The notes: generated by a model from the letters alone, not told the origin. DNA of 64,000 nucleotides from Carpediemonas membranifera BICM (GCA_019828565.1 JAHDYR010000012.1:310001-374000); one strand, 5' to 3'; numbered from the stretch's first letter, positions 1 through 11,363 are shown. Program-made: numbers and translations.

Positions 1-402
1 GAGGAAGTCGACCTCGTTGGGCTTCATGCCGGTGCGGGCAAAGAGGCCGTCGAGGGCTTCCTGCAGGTACATCTCCATCTCCTTCTGGTTAGCCTGGGAG
101 GAGAAGTCGAGGTCGATGACGTTGTTGGGGACGGCGGTGTCGTCGCCAAGGCCAGAGCGAAGGAGCATCTTGCCAAGGAACGCCTTGTTCTCAGTAGAGA
201 CGTTGAGGTTCATAATAACGTTGTCGTAAGCGAACTGAGCGTTGTGGCGCATCGAGGGGTCGGGCTGGTAGACGTAGAAGTCCCGGACGAAAACGCGGTT
301 CTTCTTGGAGAAGAACTTGAACAGAACAGCGAACAAAAGGAAAGAAACCGGAAGGATCAAGGCGGCAAAGTGGGAATTGGCCAAGGTATCGTAGTCCATC
401 AT
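1..402 (-). CDS. 3-ketoacyl-CoA synthase (FAE1/KCS-type very-long-chain fatty acid elongase), 5' part; runs off the window
   Basis: Manual translation: MMDYDTLANSHFAALILPVSFLLFAVLFKFFSKKNRVFVRDFYVYQP...FLGKMLLRSGLGDDTAVP...EALDGLFARTGMKPNEVDFL. N-terminal TM segment plus the KCS motifs RSGLG-x-x-T and LF..TG.KP..I/VD.L. Not in the ORF track because there is no stop inside the window. Confidence 0.85.
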   Translation of the reverse strand, partial: MMDYDTLANSHFAALILPVSFLLFAVLFKFFSKKNRVFVRDFYVYQPDPSMRHNAQFAYDNVIMNLNVSTENKAFLGKMLLRSGLGDDTAVPNNVIDLDFSSQANQKEMEMYLQEALDGLFARTGMKPNEVDFL

Positions 403-819
403 TGAATCGTTCTTTTTTGCTGAAAAAATGTGGCGCGCGACTGAACGATTTTCCGCCGAATCAGCGGCAGTGGCTTCATGACACAGCGTGCCCTGATGGT
501 AATTTGGAGGTTCCAGGCTGAGATATTTACATATCTGGGCCCTGTGACAAGGTCGAGGAGCCTAAGGTCTAGCCCTGGCCGATTCCTGCAGCAGGGTGCT
601 CTCCGACATCTGACTGGCGGGGTCCTTCTTGGCCTCACTGATCACTCTGCTCACAGCCGACTCCTGAGTCGAGTCGTGGTGAGTCGTGCAGAATGATCAT
701 CAAGCTGGCTGACCCCGAATCGCAGTAAACCAGTGGTAGCACTCTCTACACTGTCGTGTCGACGTTCCCGGCCGCTCGTGGATCCCGCATAATACGGCAC
801 TCCCAGCGTGGCGCGCGTC

Positions 820-1853
820 ATGGCATTGGACACCGCTGCTGGACGAAAGCAGTTCTATGACCGTATTATTACATACAAAGGCGCCTCGTGGGACAAAATC
901 CGCGAGAACTTCGTCCACAAGAGCAAGGAGCGCCTTGGCATCACAGAAGTGGACGCTAAGACCGTGTACAAGTCCACCGTGCGGCAGATATACTCTCAGA
1001 TAACGCCGCATTGCGATAGTTTGTTAAACCGCCCGTCTCTTACCCAGAAGACCTTGTCCCTGATCTTACCAAGCGCCAGCATGCCTTTGTGGTGCTAAGG
1101 GAGTATGTTAACGCCATCACCAGTCGTAAGTGCGTCAACAAGAGGCACCTATGTAGTATAGCGACCCTTTCCCAGGACACCGACGCCGAGCTGTTCAAAG
1201 AAGTCGCCTCGCGGGTTGGCAGCGTAGTCACGAAGCTGCGTGCCGCGGAGAAGGCAAAATGCGAGACAAAGCCAGCCGAGCCAGCCACACCAACGAAACC
1301 CCGGGACTTCAACGACATCATCCCGGGGACCCCACGGCCACCGGGCCTGAGTCAGCTCAAGGCACTGTTGGGGGACAAGAACGCCACAGTGAGGGTCAGG
1401 TTCAAGCCGCAGCGGGGCGAGAACTCCAAACCGGCCGTGTTTCTGGCCAGGTGCGGAGCTAGCGTAGCCCCGCGTTTCGACATGCCCTGCAACCGGTCAG
1501 GCAACAAGGTCTGCAACCTGGCGTCACAGCTGCGGGCCCGGTGGGCTCGGGAGGGCAAGGCAAATAAGGAGGGTGGTATTCAGATCATATCTTTGCTAGA
1601 TTCACTTTCGATCCAAATATTCCCCAGGATCGGTTCAGCCCCCTTTGAGGAGAAGGATGGCATCTCCATCGCCGACGTGATCGTCTCCCACGACCTTGGG
1701 CGACTGGAGCATTCCCTGGACGGCGGGGCAGTGCACCATGTCACACTGTACTATGATCTGTCGCCAGAACCGGACGTCGACCTGCCCCGGACCCCGGCGT
1801 TACCCGCAGCGGACCAGCTGCGGGCCTATAGCATGACGGTTGTTCCCAGATAG
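820..1853 (+). CDS. Hypothetical protein with possible N-terminal SANT/Myb-like (Cramped-like) region; one intron 1019-1047; start uncertain
   Basis: Removing the 29-nt GTTTGT...CCCAG intron joins ORFs 808-1098 and 1089-1853 in frame (..HCDK/DLVPDLTKRQHAF..). The F..I..YKG.SWDKI pattern is SANT-like (weak). Confidence 0.55.
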
Positions 1854-1934
1854 GTATTGGAGTAAAACGCAGCATGGGTGGGAATTATTATAAAACGGTG
1901 TTTTTATAACACAGAATGTCTATAAACTGAAAAA

Positions 1935-4900
1935 TCACTCGCACCGCACGCGATAGCATTCGTCGCACACGCGCACGGGTGTCACATGCTCGAGCTCGGG
2001 CACAGGCACCCTGCGCCGCGAGCAGTTGTTGCACACGACCCTGCCGCATGCCCTACAGTGGTGTCGGCGTCTGATGGTCGTAAACGTCTGGTCGCACAGC
2101 GAGCAGCCGGGCGACGTCTCGTCCGGCAGCCAGTGTGTCACGAGCCCTGCCCGCTTGCTGTCCCCTGTCATGGATGTCAGCGACCAGCTCACCGCACGTC
2201 CGGCGATGTCCGCGGTCAGGATGCGGCTGGCGTCGGGCTGTACCCATATGGACGAGACGGAGCCCTGGTGGCCGGCCAGCACGCCCAGGCACGTGAGCCC
2301 GGTGATGCTGGGACGCCACACGAGGATAGCACCGTGCTCGTGGCCTGAGACGACGAGGGCGTCCGCGGCGTACATCGGGCCGATGATGGCCAGTTGCGTG
2401 GGCGGCCCGATCTTACGGCTGGACCCCTCCATGGCGTGGATCAGCTTCGGCTGGACGTCGGCGAGGCTCAAGGGCTCGCCAGTGGGTACGAGTGCGATGG
2501 TCATCGTGTGGATGGCCGTACTCGTCGCCACAACAAGGTAGCCGGCCTCGTCGATTGCGACGGCCCGCACGCGAGACGGGACCACTGCGACAGCAAGGAC
2601 GGTCAGAGCGGCGCGGTCGATCACGGCGATGTGGCCATCGATGCAGCCCACGACGACAACGTCGAGGGGCACCGACATCGCGAGGACGGCGATGGGGTGG
2701 CCGACGCTGACCGCCCCACCCCGGCATCTGAGCGCGGGAGTCGGGGGCAGGCCGATCGACCAGGTCGTGACCACACCGGCCGCGTCGCCGACAGCCAGGG
2801 TGGTCTGCTGGCATGCGATGGCGGTGATGGTCTGGTGCGGCATGACCCACGTCCGCCTTACGCTGCTCGTAGTGGGCGCGGTGGGGTAGGCGGGGCTGGT
2901 GGTAGCCATGAACACCCGGTCCGCGGCAAAGCCGAGGCAATGCTCAGTGCCGACCAGCACAGTGCCATGCGGTGCCGCCACGACGGCGGTGCCCCTGCCT
3001 GTCGGTCTTACAGGGCCCAGGCTCGGGGAGGCGGGGTGTCTGGCGATGACCTCTGAGCCCCGCACCAGCTGCGGGTCCGTCTGCACCGTGCAATTCACGG
3101 CCGCGGCGGGGGGCAGGTCGTGGGCGCTCTTGAACAGCTGGCGTGCGGTCTGGCCGAACATCTGGATCTGCGCGGCGACCCCTGCCCTCTGGACCGGGTC
3201 TGAGATCGACTCGATGTCGACCGAACCCTCGTACGTCAGCGGGTGGAAGAGGTTCACGGCGGCACGGGCGGCGTCGCCTTGCTGCTTGAACCCGAAGATG
3301 AGGTCAATCCATGCTGGGAGGGCTGCCCTCACATACGGCGACTCCAGCGCCCTCCTGAGCATGAGCGTCAGCACCCATGGGACCGGGGCCCACGACGGGA
3401 GTCTGATGTCGTCCACGGTTCCCTGGCCGTGCTGCCGATCGCCCAGCTGGAGTCGGTTGGGGTTGAGGAAGATGTCTGAGCGATAGTACAGCTCTGGCAC
3501 GGCCTCCTTGACGTCGGCGGTGTTGTTGAACGCCGCGCTCTGCCACGTCTCGGCGATGTCATGGAAGAGGCGGTCCGGGTGGTCGAATATCCCGTTCTGT
3601 AAGCGAACGAACTCCGCGGTAAAGGGCTCGTGCCTCAGCAGGTAGTAGAGCACGATGCCACTGCTGCTGTAGTGTGTCCCGTAGTGGAACTGCCCGTCCG
3701 CCCCGACGCTCTCCCGGTACCGCTCCATGAAGCGCTGCTCCCGCTCCACACCCTGTGCCCCCATCGGTCGGGCCAGGTCCCGGAACAGCGCGGTGTCCTC
3801 GGGCTTGGCCCAGCCGCCCGCCCGGTCTGGGGTGACGGCGCGGTCGAGGTTGGGGAGGGGGCCGTCGGCGAAGTCGACTAGGGTCCATGGCATCACAGGG
3901 TAGTTGTTCAGGTCCTTGGTCGACCGGCCCGCAACGCTGTTGAGCCCCATGAGGTACTCGAAGGCGGTGATGGCGTCATCCAGCCAGAGACGGGTCAGCT
4001 CCTTGCACGTGCGGCTCGCGGCGGCAGGGGTCGACAGCACCGTGCGGCGCCACAGCGTCCGGGCGAAGGGGCTCTGGTCAATATCGTCCGGCAGCGCGTA
4101 GTATGGCGTAAACTGCGTCACCTGGCCTGCTGGCCGACACATGAGATGTGGGGCGCCGGTGAAGAGTGCGGGGACCTCGCTGGCGGCGTGGACGGCCTTG
4201 GAGTCCTTGCTGGAGAGAGAGAGCGTCCTGGCGACGAGGCACCGCCCAGCCTCAGTGGGGATGGGGGGCTGCGCGACGGGGATGCCCGTGGCCAGTGCGG
4301 TGTTCTCGTCCTCGCCGACCATGGCGAGGATCTCCCGCATCAGCATGTCACGTTGTTTGACCGCGTTTGACTTTGGAGTCGACTCGATGAAGGAGTCGAT
4401 GTCGCCCTCGACGTCGATGGAAGACTCGAAGCCGAACTGGACGAAGGCATCGTCGATGACAACAAAAAGCGACGAGTGGCGGCAGCACGTGGTGATCTCC
4501 ACGGCGATCGGGCGGTGACAGAATGTCCTGCTAGACAGCTGGACGACGGCGCTGTACGGCACGACCACGGGCACGGCGGACTCCTCCGCACTAACCCATG
4601 TGGTCGTCCAGGACGCCTGGGGGGAGGTTACGAGGCCCGCACCCGCGGGGATGACGGGCTGCGAGGGTCTGCCCGCCATGATGGCCACGCCGACGTCCGC
4701 CGTGGCAATATCGGTCGGGACGGCGTAGGACAGGCCTGCGATGAGCTCGTCGTCGCCCGACAGGGTGCTGAGTACCGACAACGCGTGCCCCGTCGGCTCA
4801 CCGGGCCTGGCCGTCGGTAAAAACATGATATGGGTGTCTGTAAGCGCGATCATGCCCCGGACGGGGTCGAGGCTCCCCTGGCACAGCGAGCACGCCCGCA

Positions 4901-7900
4901 CCGACCGGATCGTGGGGGGCGTCGCCGCGGGTAGCAGGTCCTGAAGCCGGCAGTGGCAAGGGCGGCCGGTAAGCGCGCAGTGCGGGGCCAGGCACTGCCG
5001 TGCGGGTGAGGCCGCGAGGGCACTGGCCGCGAGAGCAGGCCTGAGCAGCGTGTGGTCTGCAAGCGCCGCGTCGAGCAGGGCGACCTCGGCCTCGGCCATT
5101 GTCTGCAGCTCGGCGCTGAGCCATGAACCGGGCAGCCTCTCGGCGAGCTCCTCGGGGCCCCTGGTCGGGTACGAGCCGATGAACAAGGCCGGGTTGATCG
5201 GCTCCTGGAAGAGGGCGCAGTGGGTGGCAGTCTCCTTAGAGTTCCGGGTCGCCTTGGGCAGTCTGGCGGCCAGCGGAGAGTCGGGATGCAGGCCGAACGT
5301 GGCGCCGGGCCGGGTCGACTGGGCCACCGCACGGTCGGTCATCGTCCCCGCCAGCCCCAGCAGGTTGCCGAGAGAGCACGATAGCGCCATCCGACACGCG
5401 ACGCGGGTGTTTCTCGCGCTGTTGACGAGCTTGGCCCGGACGGGCTCGGAGGCGAGGAAGGCCGTCGCCGCCCGCCGCACTGGGGTGAGCATGGGCGTGA
5501 GCTGCTGCTCGGTGTGGAATACATGGGCCCACAGCGGCCTGCAGACCGTCGCCATGCGGGAGCATAGGTCGTTGGCCGCCCCGCCGACCCAGGAGAAGAA
5601 GGCCGTCGTATCCTCGAGGATGACGGCCATGCCCGCGGCCAGCTCGGGCCCGAGGATGGGTGCGAGGGAGTCGCCGTACCACCCGACTAGGCCCTTAAGC
5701 GTGCCGGTGGCGAGCTCGCGGATGTCGGGCGAGTCGGACGTGATGAATGGCATGAGGGTGTCGATGAGGACGGCGACGAGGCCCGTGTTGAGCACGAGAT
5801 CGGGGTCCACCTCGAGGGCGTCCGTCCCGATCGGCTGGCCAGGCTGGGCTGCGGTTTGCTCGAGGATGCTGTCGTGCTCGTCGATGAGCTTGAGCACGAG
5901 CTGGAGCTCGATGAGGGAGTTAAGGATCGTCTCCTTGTCTTCCTCAACGAATTCACCTGAAGCGAAAGCCTCAGCGGAGGGCGATGACACGAGCACCGAC
6001 AGCACCAGGCGGAGATGGACCCGTATGGCGACTACGACAAGGTCGTGGACCCTGGAGTCGAACTGGCCCGTCAGGAACTCCTCAACAGCACTCAACAGCG
6101 GGTATGCCGTGGGCGCGGGCGCTCCATTGCGGGCCAAGGGGGGCAGCTCGTATAGGTAGGCGCAGACACGGGTCACAGCGGCCTCGACGTCGGACGGGGG
6201 CGCGTAGGACCACTGGCCGATGGTGTCCGCGAGGATCCGGGTGGCCCTGGGTACGGCGACGGCCATGGCTGCGGTGTAGACCTTGGGACAGTACGACCAG
6301 GGCCTCAGCAGCTGCCGCAGTGCGGGCAGCTCGGGCAGGGTGCAGGGTAGAGGCGCCAGCTGGAGCAGGGTGACCGTGGGGGTCGACGGCGCTGGGGAGG
6401 GTGGGCTGCGTGTGCTGCGTGTGGGCACGCCCTCGACGATGTCCCGGATGAGTCCGACGAGGAGGTCGACCACGAGGCCGGTCACGGGGCATTGGGGCAG
6501 GGTCTCGGCGGTCAGTCCGGCCGGGAGGTCGCCCGAGCGGGTGCGGCAGATGACCTCCGCCTCTACAACGAGTCCGAGCAGCTGCACGAGGCCGTCAGCC
6601 CCGTGCATGGGCACCAGGGCAGCCAGCTCGGGGTTGGCGAGGATGGTCTGGACGGTGTCGGTCAGCAGCGCCTCGACAGCAGGTGACGGGACGGCGCTCA
6701 GGCACGCGGCCGACGCCCTGATGAACGGGGGGAGGAGCTGGGGCGAGGCGAAGGCCAGGTGGTCTCTGGTGCTGAAGTCCGTCTGGTTTGCATCCACGGG
6801 CATCCCGAGGGCAGACGCGGCAATGGTCCTGAGCAAGGCGACCGTGTCATCGGCTCCCTGTCCCCGGTCCGTGACGAGAAGGTCCAGGTCGACCAGCTCG
6901 GCCCCACCCCCGACTAGCGGGAGGAGGGACTCGAGGAGCGCTCTGAAGTCCTTGACGGACGGCTTTCTGCCCCCGTGGACGGCGTCTCGGGCCAGGACTA
7001 CGTTGTGGAAGGACAGCTTGCCGTTGGGGGTGAGCACCGTGCCGACGAGTCGCCGCGCTTGGTTCATGGTGCAGCAGAGCCGCAGGGCGCCGGGCATCAG
7101 GTGGGCCGGGGCTGAGGCGAGCAGGGCGAGCGATGTGGGCGCCGTGATGGCCGACATGAGGGCGACGAGGCTGTTGAGGGGGTCCAGAGCGACGTGGATG
7201 TGCACCTGGCCATCGCCCAGAGGCCGGAACAGCCGGCCGACAGTCATCCCGGCAACGTCCTCGAGCAGCTGCAGCCCCGAGGCCAGGGCTGCCAGATGGG
7301 GCTCCGAGTCGCCAGGGTCGCGGCGCCACCGGTTGGGGGGGACGCCCGACACAGGGCTGACGACGATAGAGTCGGCCACAACTGAGACGCGCTTGGGCCT
7401 GCCATGTCGGGCGGGGTGTGCATGCTGGGCGGCCCGTCTGAGCGTCTCATAGGTCTGGGCGGAGCACAGGTCGGTGTAATGGGCCGCGGTGCCGAGGGGC
7501 GGGCCGGGCTGGGGGACGGGGGCGACGGACATGGACAGCAGCGACTCGACCAGGGCGCACAGGTCCTCGGCGCAGGGGGACGAGCCGGCGACGAGGGCGA
7601 AGAAGCGCATGGCGAGGTCGGCGAGGTCCGCGGGGAGGTAGGGGAGCTCGAGCAGACTCAGCACGGCCTGTACGGCGCCCAGCTCGCGGAGTGTCGCTGC
7701 GAGGTGGGCCTTCCTCGAGTGGGCGAGGGCTCCGTGGAAGCCGGTCAGGAGCTCGAGGGCGCATGACACGAACTGGAGACACGGCGGGCCTGTGGCGGTG
7801 ATCCCGACCCCGGCAACCACCCGGACGACCACGGCGAGGGCGTCGGCGTCTATCGCCAGTGGTCCGGGCCGCACGGCCCTGACGACAGCGGCCCGGGCCA

Positions 7901-10900
7901 TGGTGGGCGACGTCCCGGCAAAGACGGCCTGGAAGCACGTCTGGGAAGGGAACGCGGCCCCGAGGAGGGTGGCGGCGAGCAGGGTGGCGGAGGTTGGCGG
8001 GACGATGGCCAGGCGGGGCGTGACCATCGCCCAGACCTGTGCATGGGCCCTAACATGGTCCGGGCTGGGCAGCATGGCCGTCAGGAGGCGGTAGGTGGAC
8101 GAAAAGCGGGCCACGCCGTCGTCGGTGTCGAGGCTGGCCGCGATGTCGCTCAGCAACACGAGACACGTCTCGGCGTGAACGTCGAGGGGGACGGCGCAGG
8201 GGCAGACGGTCAGCGGCGGGGCGAGCCACTCGGCGTCAGGCATGCCATGCAGGGGATCGGCGACATTCCTCACGCGCTGCTTGGCACAGGGCGTGGGCAA
8301 GTACACAACGTCGTCAGCCCCCTCGATGGCCCCGGGGCCCTGGTCGAGCAGGCTCTGAACCTGCGCCTGGGTCAGGGCCGGGCCGACGCGGACCTCAGCA
8401 ATGCGGACCACGCCGATGTCAGCAGGGCCGACAGTGAAGGGCGTGGCCGAGATGAGGGCGGCGGTCGACTGGGCGATCAGGGACTTGGGGGTGCCCCCAG
8501 CCAGACCGACGACGGCCTCGTCCGACGAGAGCACGGGGAGCATGACCTTCTCGGTCAGCACGGGCTCGCCGTTGACGAAGACGGTGAGGGCGACCTTGCG
8601 GCCCCGGTCCTTGCCGACAGAGAGGGCGACGTGGGTCCAGCCGCTGCGGGGGGCGACCGGGACCCGGCCAACTACCCTGGTGCCCGCGCACACGGCGACA
8701 GCGTCCATGCGCTCTGAGACGCCCAAGGAGATGCGGACAGAAGGGGGCGCCGCACTCGTGGTGGCTGCCCTGCTGCGGCCCCCGGTGGCGTGCAGGGCGA
8801 GCTGGTCGGCAGTCCAGTTGGCGGGCTTGTACCCCACCGTCTCGAGGAAGAGGTCCGCGAACCTCTCGCTCCCCCTCGGTGTGGGGTCCTCTGTGGCTCT
8901 CGGGGGGGCTCCGGTGGGGGAGCTGGTCCAGAGGGAGACGCCGTACGACGTCAGCCCGGAGAACCCGAACCGGAGGGGCGACTGGGCGATCGGCAGGAAA
9001 TACGGCACTGGTCGGGACTCGGCCAGACATGCGGCGTGCAGCTCCGTGGCGGGCAGCGTGAGGGGGGGCAAGGCGGCCAGGCGGTGCAGGACGTCGTGCT
9101 CGGCGGAGGACATCCCGTGTCGGGCGAGGACCTTGATGAACGAGGCCAGGGCCGAGGCCTCATGGGACGCGGGGTCGACCAGCACGTGCCCGAAGCGGTC
9201 GAGCAGGGTCTCCACGAACCGAGCCTCCCTCAATCGAGTGGCGCTGAGTGCCGCTGCCTCGAACGGCTCCCGGGACATCAGCTCGGTCAGCGTCCTGAAC
9301 CAGGGCCCGACGGGGAAGCCGGGGTGGGTGCTTACGAGGTCCAGTGCGGTGAACAGGGGGGCGGGGTACTGGAGTGGGACTCCGAGAGTCGACCCATGGT
9401 CCAGGTCGGCCCCGGGGAATGCTGCGAGCGCCAGTGCGGCGAGGATGTCCGCTGGGAACTCCGCGAATGCCCGGGTCAGGAGGGGGGTGCGGCTCAGCTG
9501 CTTCCACTTGATGACGCTGGCGCCGTTCCTGTCGACGCACATGGCCAGGGCCTGGAGCAGGGGGTGGGCCGACCTGCCGCTGTAGTCGGAGTCCGAGAAG
9601 AAGGGCCAGACCAGCGCTGCGATGAAGTCCGGTCGCTCCAGGGGCATGCGGCCTTTGGCGAACACCCGCACCAGGGCACTGAGTGAGGCCGGACTGGTCG
9701 CCCCGATGGCGACGATCCGCTCAAGGGCTGGGACGGTGGGCGATGAAGAGGAGCCCTGGAGGACGATGGCCTCGAGGTCGGGGGAGAGTAGGAACTCGAC
9801 GACAGCCGCGGCCCACGAGTCGAAGGTCGACCCGGCAGCGGTGTCGGCACTGAATTCGGCCAGGAGACTGAGCAGCCGCTGTGCCAGGTTTGTTCTTTCA
9901 TAAATGTGCGGTAGGGGGGAGTCGGGTTGACTGTCGGCCAGTACCGCGTGTAGCTGGGTCAGGAAGCGGGCAGCAGGCACGGCGTCGATCCTAGCGAGCC
10001 TGGGTCCGCAGAGCTCGGCGACGACGCCCGAGGAGATGACGTGGTGGACGTATCTTACGAGGTCCGCGTCCCTAGACCCAGACCGGATCTGGGCGGTGAT
10101 GGTGTCGACCAGCTTGACGCCGCATGCCCTGAGTGTGTCGTCCTCGTCTCTGAGCATGACCGGGATCAGGGAGAGCTCGTTGACGCCCCTCAGTGAGACA
10201 ATGTGCTCGAAGATCCGGAGAACGAGCCCCGCCGACTCCGGGGAGCACATGGGCAGGTCGCTGATGACCATGTGGAGCAGGGACGACGACCGGATGCGGT
10301 GGTAGTTGTCGATGTGGTTGGCCAGCATCCCAAGCACCCGGGCCAAGATGACAATCTGGGTCGAGTGCCGCAGCTCGTCGTCCTCGAAGTCCATCGTGCC
10401 CCGCCACAGTGCCACCAGCGTGTGTGTGACGTTGTCGTTCAGCACGGCCCCCGTGTCCTTCTGCGTCCTCGATTCGCCGTACGAGGCCAGCGTAGTCACG
10501 GAGAACAGCGCCTCGGAGAAGCCCTGGACGATTGTGTCAGGGTGGACGGTGGTCGCGAGGTCGAGCAGGGCCGTGACGACGTGCGAGTAGTAGCCCACGG
10601 CCTGCAGATCGTAGAAGGGCTCGAACGAGAGCGGGAACGTGCTCTCAACCAGGACGGCGCAGGTGCCCATGACGGCCTCTAGCAGCTTGGCGGGGGTGGC
10701 GCTCCTGGAGACGAAGTCGAGGAGGCCTGCTACTCGACGGACGACGCGGTTGGCAGTAATCCTCGCTATGATGCGGGAGTCGCCGCAGTAAGGGGCCGTC
10801 GACCGCAGCATGTTGACAATGCGCACAGCCTGCACAGAACCGGCCTCTGCCGTCGCCTCCATGGTTCGGCAGAGGTGGTCGACCGCACTCGCCTCGACAA

Positions 10901-11363
10901 TTATCTCGAGGAAGAAAGGCTGGTGGGCCAGGGCGTTCAGGATGGCCCCCACGTTGTCCACGAGCTCTGTCGGCGTGGGCGGGGCAGAGTACTCGCGGAG
11001 GAAGTCGAGCTCGACCACGGGGCCCTCAGCGTGGTCGCCCAGGCGGTTGGACTGGCATATCTTGGAGTAGAACATCCAGAGGTCGAGTGTGAGTGGCGCC
11101 AGTAGGGGAAGGATGGCCTGGTCGGGCGACTGGGCGACGTGGTGGAGCAGGTTAACGCCCAGCCAGCCCCACAGGCGACGGACAGTCTCATCCTCGCCCT
11201 GCTGCTTGCCGTATAGGACTTCTATGGGGTTGCGGGCGAGGAACTCGTGGAATCTATTGGCGAAGTGCTTGGTAATGAGGGGGAAGTCCGACATCGAGGA
11301 CTCGATGTGCCCGTCGAAGTGGGTGATGTGGGATTGGATGTTGTCCAGAAGATCTACCTCCAT
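1935..11363 (-). CDS. BEACH-WD40-FYVE protein (WDFY3/ALFY-like), ~3140 aa
   Basis: BEACH motifs (YLMGLNSVAGRS..DLNNYPVMPW, HYGTHYSS, FDHPDRLF, WIDLIFGFKQQG), ConA-like region, WD40 repeats and a C-terminal FYVE (WLPD..C..C..RRHHCRACGRVVC..C..RVCDEC). Likely start MEVDLL at 11363; the ORF is open to 11534. Confidence 0.9.
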   Translation of the reverse strand: MEVDLLDNIQSHITHFDGHIESSMSDFPLITKHFANRFHEFLARNPIEVLYGKQQGEDETVRRLWGWLGVNLLHHVAQSPDQAILPLLAPLTLDLWMFYSKICQSNRLGDHAEGPVVELDFLREYSAPPTPTELVDNVGAILNALAHQPFFLEIIVEASAVDHLCRTMEATAEAGSVQAVRIVNMLRSTAPYCGDSRIIARITANRVVRRVAGLLDFVSRSATPAKLLEAVMGTCAVLVESTFPLSFEPFYDLQAVGYYSHVVTALLDLATTVHPDTIVQGFSEALFSVTTLASYGESRTQKDTGAVLNDNVTHTLVALWRGTMDFEDDELRHSTQIVILARVLGMLANHIDNYHRIRSSSLLHMVISDLPMCSPESAGLVLRIFEHIVSLRGVNELSLIPVMLRDEDDTLRACGVKLVDTITAQIRSGSRDADLVRYVHHVISSGVVAELCGPRLARIDAVPAARFLTQLHAVLADSQPDSPLPHIYERTNLAQRLLSLLAEFSADTAAGSTFDSWAAAVVEFLLSPDLEAIVLQGSSSSPTVPALERIVAIGATSPASLSALVRVFAKGRMPLERPDFIAALVWPFFSDSDYSGRSAHPLLQALAMCVDRNGASVIKWKQLSRTPLLTRAFAEFPADILAALALAAFPGADLDHGSTLGVPLQYPAPLFTALDLVSTHPGFPVGPWFRTLTELMSREPFEAAALSATRLREARFVETLLDRFGHVLVDPASHEASALASFIKVLARHGMSSAEHDVLHRLAALPPLTLPATELHAACLAESRPVPYFLPIAQSPLRFGFSGLTSYGVSLWTSSPTGAPPRATEDPTPRGSERFADLFLETVGYKPANWTADQLALHATGGRSRAATTSAAPPSVRISLGVSERMDAVAVCAGTRVVGRVPVAPRSGWTHVALSVGKDRGRKVALTVFVNGEPVLTEKVMLPVLSSDEAVVGLAGGTPKSLIAQSTAALISATPFTVGPADIGVVRIAEVRVGPALTQAQVQSLLDQGPGAIEGADDVVYLPTPCAKQRVRNVADPLHGMPDAEWLAPPLTVCPCAVPLDVHAETCLVLLSDIAASLDTDDGVARFSSTYRLLTAMLPSPDHVRAHAQVWAMVTPRLAIVPPTSATLLAATLLGAAFPSQTCFQAVFAGTSPTMARAAVVRAVRPGPLAIDADALAVVVRVVAGVGITATGPPCLQFVSCALELLTGFHGALAHSRKAHLAATLRELGAVQAVLSLLELPYLPADLADLAMRFFALVAGSSPCAEDLCALVESLLSMSVAPVPQPGPPLGTAAHYTDLCSAQTYETLRRAAQHAHPARHGRPKRVSVVADSIVVSPVSGVPPNRWRRDPGDSEPHLAALASGLQLLEDVAGMTVGRLFRPLGDGQVHIHVALDPLNSLVALMSAITAPTSLALLASAPAHLMPGALRLCCTMNQARRLVGTVLTPNGKLSFHNVVLARDAVHGGRKPSVKDFRALLESLLPLVGGGAELVDLDLLVTDRGQGADDTVALLRTIAASALGMPVDANQTDFSTRDHLAFASPQLLPPFIRASAACLSAVPSPAVEALLTDTVQTILANPELAALVPMHGADGLVQLLGLVVEAEVICRTRSGDLPAGLTAETLPQCPVTGLVVDLLVGLIRDIVEGVPTRSTRSPPSPAPSTPTVTLLQLAPLPCTLPELPALRQLLRPWSYCPKVYTAAMAVAVPRATRILADTIGQWSYAPPSDVEAAVTRVCAYLYELPPLARNGAPAPTAYPLLSAVEEFLTGQFDSRVHDLVVVAIRVHLRLVLSVLVSSPSAEAFASGEFVEEDKETILNSLIELQLVLKLIDEHDSILEQTAAQPGQPIGTDALEVDPDLVLNTGLVAVLIDTLMPFITSDSPDIRELATGTLKGLVGWYGDSLAPILGPELAAGMAVILEDTTAFFSWVGGAANDLCSRMATVCRPLWAHVFHTEQQLTPMLTPVRRAATAFLASEPVRAKLVNSARNTRVACRMALSCSLGNLLGLAGTMTDRAVAQSTRPGATFGLHPDSPLAARLPKATRNSKETATHCALFQEPINPALFIGSYPTRGPEELAERLPGSWLSAELQTMAEAEVALLDAALADHTLLRPALAASALAASPARQCLAPHCALTGRPCHCRLQDLLPAATPPTIRSVRACSLCQGSLDPVRGMIALTDTHIMFLPTARPGEPTGHALSVLSTLSGDDELIAGLSYAVPTDIATADVGVAIMAGRPSQPVIPAGAGLVTSPQASWTTTWVSAEESAVPVVVPYSAVVQLSSRTFCHRPIAVEITTCCRHSSLFVVIDDAFVQFGFESSIDVEGDIDSFIESTPKSNAVKQRDMLMREILAMVGEDENTALATGIPVAQPPIPTEAGRCLVARTLSLSSKDSKAVHAASEVPALFTGAPHLMCRPAGQVTQFTPYYALPDDIDQSPFARTLWRRTVLSTPAAASRTCKELTRLWLDDAITAFEYLMGLNSVAGRSTKDLNNYPVMPWTLVDFADGPLPNLDRAVTPDRAGGWAKPEDTALFRDLARPMGAQGVEREQRFMERYRESVGADGQFHYGTHYSSSGIVLYYLLRHEPFTAEFVRLQNGIFDHPDRLFHDIAETWQSAAFNNTADVKEAVPELYYRSDIFLNPNRLQLGDRQHGQGTVDDIRLPSWAPVPWVLTLMLRRALESPYVRAALPAWIDLIFGFKQQGDAARAAVNLFHPLTYEGSVDIESISDPVQRAGVAAQIQMFGQTARQLFKSAHDLPPAAAVNCTVQTDPQLVRGSEVIARHPASPSLGPVRPTGRGTAVVAAPHGTVLVGTEHCLGFAADRVFMATTSPAYPTAPTTSSVRRTWVMPHQTITAIACQQTTLAVGDAAGVVTTWSIGLPPTPALRCRGGAVSVGHPIAVLAMSVPLDVVVVGCIDGHIAVIDRAALTVLAVAVVPSRVRAVAIDEAGYLVVATSTAIHTMTIALVPTGEPLSLADVQPKLIHAMEGSSRKIGPPTQLAIIGPMYAADALVVSGHEHGAILVWRPSITGLTCLGVLAGHQGSVSSIWVQPDASRILTADIAGRAVSWSLTSMTGDSKRAGLVTHWLPDETSPGCSLCDQTFTTIRRRHHCRACGRVVCNNCSRRRVPVPELEHVTPVRVCDECYRVRCE

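Noticed and set aside
478-807. Upstream exon or snRNA (AATTTGGAG Sm-like site plus hairpin) between KCS and the 820 gene
   Set aside because: No U1/U2/U4/U5 hallmark sequence. The possible 725-806 intron is in frame but does not fit the local size or donor consensus.
5050-9585. Long antisense ORFs here and opposite other large genes (e.g. 50068-51717, 29600-30958)
   Set aside because: Shadow ORFs caused by high GC3 codon bias on the coding strand; no motifs.
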